Assembly: GCA_964016885.1 (NCBI GenBank)
Contig: OZ024746.1
Coordinates: 97,774,001-97,838,000 of the forward strand
DNA length: 64,000 nt
Direction of reading: 5' to 3'
From: Eledone cirrhosa
Taxonomy: Eukaryota
Positions 53,638 to 64,000 of this stretch are shown piece after piece. The translations under genes were made by a program, and so were the position numbers. The notes beneath the pieces are model-generated. The model ran no database searches, was not told where the DNA came from, and was given only the letters and a program-made list of their open reading frames with translations. The stretch's first letter is position 1; every line of letters begins with the position of its first letter.

Positions 53638-54030
53638 CATGGTGTCCAACCCTCTACCGATACTGCCAATCCCCCACCCTAACATGGTGTCCAACCCTCT
53701 ACCGATACTGCCAATCCCCACCCTAACATGGTGTCCAACCCTCTACCGATACTGCCAATCCCCCACCCTAACATGGTGTCCAACCCTCTACCGATACTGC
53801 CAATCCCCCACCCTAACATGGTGTCCAACCCTCTACCGATACTGCCAATCCCCCACCCTAACATGGTGTCCAACCCTCTACCGATACTGCCAATCCCCCA
53901 CCCTAACATGGTGTCCAACCCTCTACCGATACTGCCAATCCCCCACTCTAACATGGTGTCCAACCCTCTACCGATACTGCCAATCCCCCACTCTAACATG
54001 GTGTCCAACCCTCTACCGATACTGCCAATC
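53638..54030 (+). repeat. 45-bp tandem repeat (~8.7 copies) amplified from the SINE A head
   Basis: Unit catggtgtccaaccctctaccgatactgccaatcccccaccctaa is contiguous with SINE A at 53553. Confidence 0.95.
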
Positions 54031-54682
54031 AACCGCACTTATATAATGTTGAGAAGTGACACACGAGTTGATAATATTTAACAATTGGCCTTGCTAATTT
54101 ATAACTAGCTAGGTTATCATTATATGGGATTAATAAATTGGTTCAAAGGAAAAGATGTATTTGTTCTAGCCTAATTAGTTAATTTATATTAAAATTAATT
54201 CACTTATATATTAATTAAAGTTAAAATAGATGTAAAAGTTATGAAGAAATCTTATAATACTTATTTCTTCTATTTAGCTTATTAAGGATTTTAAAGTAAA
54301 ATAGAAAAAAAACTATTCATAAAGAAACATTATATATTACTTAAGGGCGGTGGATTGGCAGTATCGCGTTGGACACTAGGCTTTGCAGCACAGAGTTACG
54401 GCCCTTTGTGGTCTGAGTTCAAATCCCGCCGAGCTTAACGGTCTTACTATAATATAAATTATCTTGGAGTACGGACGGACAACGGTCTTATTATAATTGT
54501 TTCTACTCCAGGCACAAGGCCAGCAAATTACCCAGTGTATTACTGGTACTTTATTTTATCGACCCCGTAAGGATGAAAGGCAAAGTCAACGTCGGCGGGA
54601 TTTGAACTCAGATCGTAAAGGGACGTAACTATACTGGAAAGCATGGCGTCCGACCCTCTACCGATACTGCCAATCCACCGCC

Positions 54683-55668
54683 ATAATATACATTATCTTG
54701 ACGGACAGACGGACAACGGTCTTATTATAATATACATTATCTTGACGGACGGACAACGGTCTTATTATAATATACATTAACTTGACGGACGGACAACGGT
54801 CTTATTATAATATACATTATCTTGACGGACGGACAACAGTCTTATTATAATATACATTAACTTGACGGACGGACAACGGTCTTATTATAATATACATTAT
54901 CTTGACGGACGGACAACAGTCTTATTATAATATACATTAACTTGACGGACGGACAACGGTCTTATTATAATATACATTATCTTGACGGACGGACAACGGT
55001 CTTATTATAATATACATTATCTTGACGGACGGACAACGGTCTTATTATAATATACATTATCTTGACGGACGGACAACGGTCTTATTATAATATACATTAT
55101 CTTGACGGACGGACAACGGTCTTATTATAATATACATTATCTTGACGGACGGACAACGGTCTTATTATAATATACATTATCTTGACGGACGGACAACGGT
55201 CTTATTATAATATACATTATCTTGACGGACGGACAACGGTCTTATTATAATATACATTATCTTGACGGACGGACAACGGTCTTATTATAATATACATTAT
55301 CTTGACGGACGGACAACGGTCTTATTATAATATACATTATCTTGACGGATGGACAACGGTCTTATTATAATATACATTATCTTGACGGATGGACAACGGT
55401 CTTATTATAATATACATTAACTTGACGGACGAACAACGGTCTTATTATAATATACATTAACTTGACGGACGGAAAACGGTCTTATTATAATATACATTAT
55501 CTTGACGGACGAACAACGGTCTTATTATAATATACATTAACTTGACGGACGGACAACGGTCTTATTATAATATACATTAACTTGACGGACGGACAACGGT
55601 CTTATTATAATATACATTATCTTGACGGACGGACAACGGTCTTATTATAATATACATTATCTTGACGG
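54683..55668 (+). repeat. 40-bp tandem repeat, about 24 copies
   Basis: Unit ataatatacattatcttgacggacggacaacggtcttatt; about 1.5 further units at 54438-54496. Confidence 0.97.
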
Positions 55669-55907
55669 GCGTCTGTTCGTGAGCCGACCACCCTAACCAC
55701 TAAGCCACATACCTTTTACTTTAGCCAATGAAATGTTTTTATAATATAAAGAAATTATTTCGTAGGAAAGTTAAAAAATAAATAGACACTTTAGAATCAA
55801 TAACAATATCTTCTTTATCAATATTTATTTGGACTTATCATAAATATTTACACTGTTTATATATATAATGTATATATATATGTATATATATAATGCGTGT
55901 GTATATT

Positions 55908-55966
<59 letters not shown>

Positions 55967-56571
55967 GCGCCGGTGCGTGGGTGTGTGTGTGTCTCTATAA
56001 TTAAATATAAAATTCTGAGGATTTCTTATAAATGCTGTTTAATTTATGTTTTTCTTTTCAGGTGTGTTCTTATTAACATCTACGAAGCGTGTGTTGACCC
56101 AAGGATAAGTATCATTTACACACACACACAAACATACACACACTCATACAAACATATGTACACACTAACGCACTCACAGATATATAACCTCGCAGAAACA
56201 CTCGCATCAAGCATACACTCATACAAACATATGTACACACTAACGCACTCACAGATACATAACCTTTCACAAACACTCGCATCAAGCATACACACAAACA
56301 AACACACAAACAAGTTTGCACATAATATACACATATATACCCATATAGACACACACACACTTAACTTCATTTGTTTTGAAAAGAAAACTGGCAAATTGGA
56401 TTAAAGTAATTTGATAAATACATATTTACTTTATTTATAATACACACCAAAAGAAGCGAATCAAATGGAAAATATATCTTATTAAACTAAATAAAATACA
56501 TTTGGTGAATGTAATGAGATTGTATTGAAGATACAACTCTATGTATAGATATATCTACCGGGATAGTTTAG

Positions 56572-56735
56572 TCTTCGGGGAAACGCCTTCTCCATTCTGT
56601 CCGCCGGGGCTGTGGTGAGGCCAGCACGTGGGACCCCATTTGCCCACCATACAGAGAGATGGGGAGGGTGAGAGAGATGGAGGCGATGACAGTGGGAGTT
56701 CGGCTCTTCCACATTCGGACCATATCTTTGTGGTT
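56572..56735 (+). mobile_element. CRE-clade LINE 3' fragment
   Basis: LRGNAFSILSAG peptide followed by the 3' UTR motif gatgacagtgggagtt. Confidence 0.7.
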
Positions 56736-56849
56736 GTGTTCATTAAGCAGTTAATGAGTCTGTTTCTGTATAGACTCAATAGTGTTCATTGTGTATGTAG
56801 CAAATGAAATTCCTGATTAATATATATGGAATTAACCAGTTAGTATTAA

Positions 56850-57338
56850 ATGTTCTCTCTCTTTCTCTCACTATTGTAAGGAAATGGGGGCCCACGTGCA
56901 GAGCAACAATCATACCCCCGGCAGGAAGAACAGAGAAGGCTTTTACCCTCAGTAGGGTGAGGGAGAGCCATTCCAACTCACGAGGCTCACACCTGCGGGT
57001 AGCCAACACCGTGCTGATGGTGGTGAGTAGGGAGGTGGTCCTAGGGCCAAGGACACCAGAAGTCTCCACTGCTACGGGGTGCTGATGGTGGTGAGTAGGG
57101 AGGTGGTCCTAGGGCCAAGGACACCAGAAGTCTCCACTGCTACGGGGGTGCTGATGGTGGTGAGTAGGGAAGTGGTCCTAGGGCCAAGGACACCAAAAGT
57201 CTCTACTGCTATGGGGTGTTGATGGGGGTGAGTAGGGAGGTGGGCCAAGGACACCAGAAGACCCTACTGTTACGGGGTGCTGGTGGTGGTGAGTAGGGAA
57301 ATGGTTCTAGGGCCAAAGACACCAGAAATCTCCATTTC
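56850..57338 (-). mobile_element. CRE-clade LINE fragment with ~68-bp tandem amplification (57011-57338, about 5 copies)
   Basis: Repeated PVAVETSGVLGPRTTSLLTTIS peptide. Confidence 0.8.
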
Positions 57339-57449
57339 CTAAGCAGACATCAAGAACAAAGAAAAGGTTTTAAGAATATGTATACCGATATTTCCCTAGG
57401 TATGCGTGAGTGACGAGTGTGTGTGAGTATATAATCAAATATATACATA

Positions 57450-57762
57450 CAGTGTACCCCCTATAATTGCGTTCCCGGTTATTCACGGAATTTTCCTTAG
57501 AACCTAATTAATAATTGTTCGTGGAAACCATCGCGTATTCGCGGAATCGTAAATATCTTCCGCGATTTTTCATAACTTTTTTCGTGACAACATTTATTTT
57601 TTCACGCTTTTTAACGTTAAATTATCAATAGCAATATACCGCATTTGCCGGTCTGTATTTTACGTTGATTTTGACGTTTATAGGCATTTTTATGGACCAT
57701 GTACAATATTCGCGGTTTTACTAGGAACGTGACCCGCGCGAATACCGTGGGTGGGGCAACTG
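57450..57762. mobile_element. Probable pogo/Tigger-like MITE
   Basis: ta-cagt...actg termini with degenerate TIRs and CpG-rich subterminal repeats. Confidence 0.5.
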
Positions 57763-58125
57763 TGTGTATATGTATGTGTATATGTGTGTGTGTGTGTGTG
57801 TTTGTGTATAAAGCTGAAGGAGAGTGTAGTAAGATTGAATTTTAAGAGAATATTTTGCTTCTCTCGGCAATTTCTCTTCACCTTTTCCAGTCTCAAGCAG
57901 TTATAACCCCATTTTATTCAATTATGTATTATAATATTAATAATAATTAAGTATGCGTTGCAGTAGCCCTTGGTGGTGGGGGGGGGGGGGGGGGAGTATT
58001 TTAAACACACTGCGATTTCAAACGAATGGAGCAGTAGAAATTATTTCTATTTGAGATATATCTTCTCTATTAATATATTGAGTACCTTATTCAACTATAA
58101 TTCCATTCCATTCTTTTTCGGAAGA

Positions 58126-58166
<41 letters not shown>

Positions 58167-58279
58167 ATGAGAAGAAAGAAGAATACTGCGTGGTTTGCAC
58201 ATGGATTACATATGATAAAAATAGTCCTTCGTCAGTGATTTTCCAACCATCATTGGTATTTCATCGCATTAAAAATCAC

Positions 58280-58320
<41 letters not shown>

Positions 58321-58763
58321 CAAGTAAGTAATATGTTTTGAAACAGCGAGCGAGTTTGAAATTAGAAATAGAAGCTTTCGCCGTATTTTTTACGAAAGAA
58401 AATTTAGCCTGATATTGGGGTTTAGAACCCTCAAATAAATGGAAAAGGATTTAATTTCCAATTAAATATATATGTATATATTATATTTATAGTAATAATA
58501 AATGTGAAGACTAAAATCTGAAGAAGGGCTCGAAACCCGTAGGGTGAAAGCAGCGATTCTTTGCTTAAACTTTAATCTGTTGTTATAATATATATATTAT
58601 TATATATATATTATAACCTCTAACTGGATTACCTATAACGATATTTTGTTATCCTTTTATATATATATATATATACTTCTTTAATATATATACTCCAGTT
58701 CAACCAATTGTTGAGTGCTACTTATCTGATATATGCATAGTTTTATTGTTCTACAATATTACT

Positions 58764-59100
<337 letters not shown>

Positions 59101-59426
59101 TATTTATATATATATAAATGGAGAGAGAGAGAGAGACTAGAAAGCCAATGGGTGTGTGAAAATTACACCGAGAGTATTGTTTGTATACACAAAACTTAGC
59201 CGCGAGAACCCAGCTGTAAATGGACATTCATTCATTCATTCATTCATTCATATTTACATTATGAAAGAAAAGTTTCTGGGGTTTTTTTTACAACCTAAGT
59301 TACATTTTAAATAATATATAAAAATGTCCACGTACTCACTCTTGGCCTCAGCCCAATAGAAGCAATCTTTTTAAAAACAAATGACATAAGATTGATTAAA
59401 TTAGGCTGGCCTTGTGTGTGTGTGTA

Positions 59427-59522
<96 letters not shown>

Positions 59523-59751
59523 TATATATTTTTTTTCACTTGGATATATATATATTTTTTAACGAATATTTCAGAGAAAAAATTCTGCAAAATAAATAAT
59601 TCCACTGGAAAGGGTCGTGTCATTTATTTTCTTCTTGTTACTGATAATGATGATAAAGAAATGGAGCAATTAGTTGTATGTGAAGAATACATTTGTTTAT
59701 GGATAGCTTATATTATGTACAGAGAACTGCAATGGAATACAGCGAATGAGG

Positions 59752-59753
<2 letters not shown>

Positions 59754-59795
<42 letters not shown>

Positions 59796-60278
59796 AAGTG
59801 GTACTCCAAAACACTGGCGAGTTTGCAGGCAATATCGATCTTAGTAGGGTATCATGTTGACTACTAAGCTCTGAGAGAGAGAGGGGCAGACAGAGCAGAG
59901 AGAGCAAAGAGAGCAGAGAGAGAGAGAGCAGAGAGAGCAGAGAGAGAGAGCAGAGAGAGAGAGAGCAGAGAGAGCAGAGAGAGCAGAGAGAGAGCAGAGA
60001 GAGAGCAGAGAGAGAGCAGAGAGCAGTGAGAGAGAGAGCAGAGAGAGCAGAAAGAGCAGTGAGAGAGAGAGCAGAGAGAGCAGAAAGAGCAGTGAGAGAG
60101 AGAGCAGAGAGAGAAGAGAGAAAGAGCAGAGAGAGAAGAGAGAGAAGAGAGAAAGAGCAGTGAGAGAGAGAAAGAGCAGTGAGAGAGAGAAAGAGCAGTG
60201 AGAGAGAGAGCAGAGAGAGAGATAGAAGAGAGAGAGATAGCAGAGAGAGAGATAGCAGAGAGAGAAAAGAGAGAAAGC

Positions 60279-60313
<35 letters not shown>

Positions 60314-60535
60314 AGAGCGAGAGAGAAGAGAGAGAAAGCGAGAGAGAGAGAAGAGAGAGAAAGCGAGAGAGAGAGAAGAGAGAGAAAGCGAGAGAGAGAG
60401 AGGGGAGAGAGAGAAAGCGAGAGAGAGAGGGGAGAGAGAGAAAACGAGAGAGAGAGAGGGGAGAGAGAGCAGAGAGAGAGAGGGGAGAGAGAGCAGAGAG
60501 AGAAAGAGAGTAGAGAGAGAGAGAGAGAGAGAGGT
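59754..60535. repeat. (AG)n-rich compound polypurine tract
   Basis: Direct inspection. Confidence 0.95.
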
Positions 60536-61029
60536 GACAAACTAAGAGGTGTGAAGAGTTTATGTAAATAAGGAATAGAGCAACACACAGACACAGGACA
60601 CACAGACATATACATACATATACATACATTTACATACATACATTTACACACATACACTCACACTGGCCACACACATACACACAAACAGGCCACACACACA
60701 AGCCACACTCACATACACACGCCACATACAGGCCACACACACTCACACAGGCCACACTCACAAGCCACATACAGGCCACATACAGGCCACACACGCACAC
60801 TCACACAACAATCCTGGCCCACACACACACTCATACAACAATCTTGGCCCACACACACACACTCACACACACAACAATCTTGGCCCATTCTAAATTAATT
60901 GCAACTCTTGGAAGGTAATCAAATCCTTACAGTTATGGTGGAGATAAAAGTAACTGTTTTCAAGGTCCACCATCAAAGCTATCTTTATCGTTTCCTAATT
61001 AACTTTGTAAAATATACAATGACAAACTG

Positions 61030-61445
61030 TTGTTATATTTGGGGAGGGTCATATTGTTATAATATTGCCAGAAATATATAGTAAAAACACTCACTGTTTG
61101 GGTTGGTTTTCGCTTCAGTATATTTTATATTTCTATAATTAATTCAGCTGGCAATCAATGTTTATCATTGATTGACCAAAAATTAAAAATATAGATATCA
61201 ATATAGTTTCATAGAGTTATTTCGTCACACACCTGTGACATCATCAGTGACGTTATTATGTTTTTAGCTGAATTAATTAAAGAAATATAAAATATACTGA
61301 AGCAAAAACCAACGCAAGCCAAACAGTGAGTGTGTTTTATTATATATTTCTGGCAATATTATAACAACATGACCCTCTCCAAATATAACAATATTTATTT
61401 CAACATACGATTTCATATCAAAAACCTTGCAAAATAAATTCATCG
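61030..61445. mobile_element. Fold-back element (~120-bp arms) with a minus-strand hammerhead at 61209-61251
   Basis: Arms 61030-61149 and 61266-61392; minus strand gtca-CTGATGA-t-gtcaca/tgtgac-GAAA-taactc-TA-tga; tail shared with 47540-47612 and 20960-20985. Confidence 0.7.
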
Positions 61446-62044
61446 CCGTCTCGTAATGATAAACTTTAGTTGGTCATTTTCTAAAAGTTCCTTTATAAAG
61501 TCACTGCCTTATCTAGCTGTATATGTAGCTAAGAAGAGAACAAAAGGAAGAAAGGAGCACTTGCACAACACGCTCCTGAAGTTGAGGGTTGTTCTATCGA
61601 CGGGGTATTAAACAACCCATTTGTGACGCTTCCCCCCTATTGGGGATTTCGATTGTTATAATTGTTTGTTTTATATTTTTTACACGACTGTATGTAAAAT
61701 CCCCGGCATGTCTTTGTATTGTCCCCTTTATTGTGCGCCCTTGTGGCAAATAAAGAAATCTATCTGTCGACAAAGATAAACCAAAGCTTAAATAATCCGT
61801 GAGAAGTTTGGAGATGACATTAATACTTTCAAGAAATATAGGTTTTTGTAAACAACACTTAAGAAGAATGTAGTAAACTTGAAACTTAAGAGAATATTTT
61901 GTAAAGGTCACACTACAATGCATATTAATTATAAACAAACAGTATATATATATATATGTAAAAGGTAAACAGAAGTAACAACACAATCGGTACAGTATAT
62001 GGAAGGTATATATTAGGTTAACGCTTGATATAGCAGGAAGAGAG

Positions 62045-62080
62045 TCTTAACGTTTCGGACGCTAGTCCTTCATCAGAAGA
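62045..62080 (-). ncRNA. Ultra-minimal hammerhead ribozyme
   Basis: tctt-CTGATGA-a-ggac/tagc/gtcc-GAAAC-GTT-aaga; palindromic AACGTT in place of stem III. Confidence 0.7.
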
Positions 62081-62220
62081 AAGAATGAGAAATAAAATAG
62101 ATTGAGGGGATGGGCGGGATGGAATAGATATATACATATAGTTCAAGGAGAAACAAAACAACAAACAGGGGCACAAAAAGTCTTAGTTGCACGCTTTATA
62201 TTGGAAAGAGGAAAGAAAAT

Positions 62221-62252
62221 TCGACGTGTCGGGCTTAAGCCCTTCTTCAGGT
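62221..62252 (-). ncRNA. Degenerate partner hammerhead (GAAA to GACA)
   Basis: CTGAAGA-a-gggc/ttaa/gccc-GACAC-GTC; stem I lost. Confidence 0.5.
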
Positions 62253-62410
62253 GTACAAAATAGAGACAGGATCACAATGTAGAAACAGAAAAAACGTCTA
62301 GTAAAGACACAAAGAAACGAAAATATATCAAATTAAATGTCGAGTTAAAAACTCACAATATTCCCTTATAATCGAATAAGTTCAAGGAAGAAATTCCGAG
62401 CTCTTTATAA

Positions 62411-62613
62411 CAGGCGTGTGAAACTGTGGGTCCCCAGAGGGCCACCTGGGTCACATATGTGTTGTCTGAGGGCCACACATGACAACTAATTCCGCACATT
62501 ACAACTAATTTTTTTAAATTAATATTACGCTCGCGCTGTAAAAACCTGTGTGCGGGTCACAGGTGTGCTTGTAAAGGGCCACATGCGGCCTTCAACGTGC
62601 CGTTTGATACCTG
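62411..62613. mobile_element. hAT (Charlie-like) MITE
   Basis: TIRs caggcgtgtgaaac / gtttgatacctg; 8-bp TSD ctttataa / ctttgtaa. Confidence 0.8.
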
Positions 62614-63280
62614 CTTTGTAACACAGTAAAGAGAGAAATACATACGTGTGTGTGTGTGTGTGCAAATAATAAAGGACATAAAACCGGCAATTCAGTACCT
62701 TCAACTATCTTGACAGAAGAATCGACCCCAAAACTGAACTGGTTCTTTACCGAACCTAACAAGGTGAAATGCAAAGCTTACCTTGGCGAGGTTTTATAGA
62801 CAGAGAGGGAGACGAGAAGAGAGAGCTGAAACAAATAGCTTGTGGCATTTTATACGACTACCTACTGACTGTCTGTTTGCTGCTGTTTAATAGTTAAAAT
62901 TACGTTAAAAAAAAACTGTTATACTTTTCAAATCAAACATTTCAGATTTGTTTTCTAGAAACCCACAGTTTTTCTTTTATGTCTATTCTTGTTTTGTAAA
63001 ACCTCAGCATAGTATTCCCAAAAGTAACGCCGAAGTTAACTTTGCCTTTCATCCTTACGGGGTCGATAAAATAAAGTACCAGTAATACACTCGGGTAATA
63101 GCTGGCCTTGTGCCAAAAGTATAAACAATTATATTACATTAAGTTATCTCAGCAGTGACACGAAATTCTCTAAACACAAAAGAAACCTTCTATGAAACTG
63201 AATAAACCTATACAGGTGTCAGCTGTAATAACAACAAAGAAGAGAAATATCATAGCACCAGTAAATCTACTGATTTAAAG

Positions 63281-63805
63281 GTTCGAGACGTTGAGGGAGT
63301 CGGGCTACTGACTGCGAAGTTTTTATCTTCACTGGCGGCTCGCCTAACACAGGTAATTGGTGATTGGTTGTTCAAGCGCATCAGTCTCGCCATCACCCGA
63401 GGTAACTGGTGATGCTCGTGAGGGCGCTTGGTTGTTCCAGCGAATCAGCCTCGCCATCACCCGAGGTAATGCTGCGAGTGTGTTGGCTTGCCTCAAAAAT
63501 TATTAGAGAGGTTTCCCAATGCTCCTCGCGATATTGTTATCTTTTGCGGTTCGTTTGTCCACTCCTTTCGCCTGCCTTTTGTTGTATGTGGTCCTAGATG
63601 TGTGTGTTACCTGATTGTGTTGTATGTGGTCCTAGATGTGTGTATAACCTGCTTGTGTGTTGTATGTGGTCCTAGTTGTGTATAATACCTGCTTATGTTT
63701 ATTTCTCTTTCTTTTTTCCTTTTCTTTGTATATGTTATTTTGGTTTGGATTTTTGTTTTCTAAGCATTATCAAAAAATAAAAAATAAAAAAATAATAAAA
63801 ATAAA
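63281..63805 (+). mobile_element. Second CRE-clade LINE family, 3' end
   Basis: FETL...TAKFLSSLAARL...GDAREGAWLFQRISLAITRGNAASVLACLKNY*; internal duplication, 3' UTR repeats and A-rich tail. Confidence 0.75.
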
Positions 63806-64000
63806 AGATACTTAATTACACTATGTAATTCAGATCAAATGACGGGTAAAAAGAATCGTTAGAGACAAATTCAATTGCGATGATAATTTGTGATAATTCG
63901 ATTTGTCTCAGGACTTACTCATATTATTAGTGATTGTTGAAGTTTAACTGAACAGCGGGATTCTGAGAGGAATTTTATAAGGAACCACAAAGTTTCTTTC

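Noticed and set aside
54683-55668. CRISPR-like regular 40-bp repeats
   Set aside because: Units are directly adjacent with no unique spacers, no cas genes, and eukaryotic context
56062-56103. Possible micro-exon after tttttcttttcag
   Set aside because: The putative donor is gataagt, not GT/GC, and there is no other support
59713-60657. Leu/Ser- and Arg/Glu-rich ORFs
   Set aside because: (AG)n tract translations

Overview
AT-rich, repeat-dominated animal genomic DNA, most likely an octopus (inferred from the huge (TA)n/(CA)n/(TACA)n tracts, RTE LINEs with (GAT)n tails and tRNA-derived SINEs). The only long genuine ORF is a 5'-truncated RTE-clade LINE reverse transcriptase (18676-20880, minus strand); nearly all other ORFs in the track are microsatellite or minisatellite artefacts. 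The window also holds CRE-, Dong/R4- and Tx1-like LINE fragments, three SINE families, piggyBac/hAT/Tc1-like MITEs, several minisatellites seeded from transposon sequence, and three isolated candidate host exons. The most notable signal, which the ORF track misses, is about a dozen type I hammerhead ribozyme folds (one fully intact, e.g. 24149-24203). They lie in several unrelated families of short non-coding fold-back elements embedded in (TA)n tracts, resembling Penelope-like pseudo-LTRs or retrozymes. Many of these elements share a GAGTRCT motif, often closing an ACTC...GAGT hairpin, 42-61 nt from their 3' end. All folds and alignments were done by eye.
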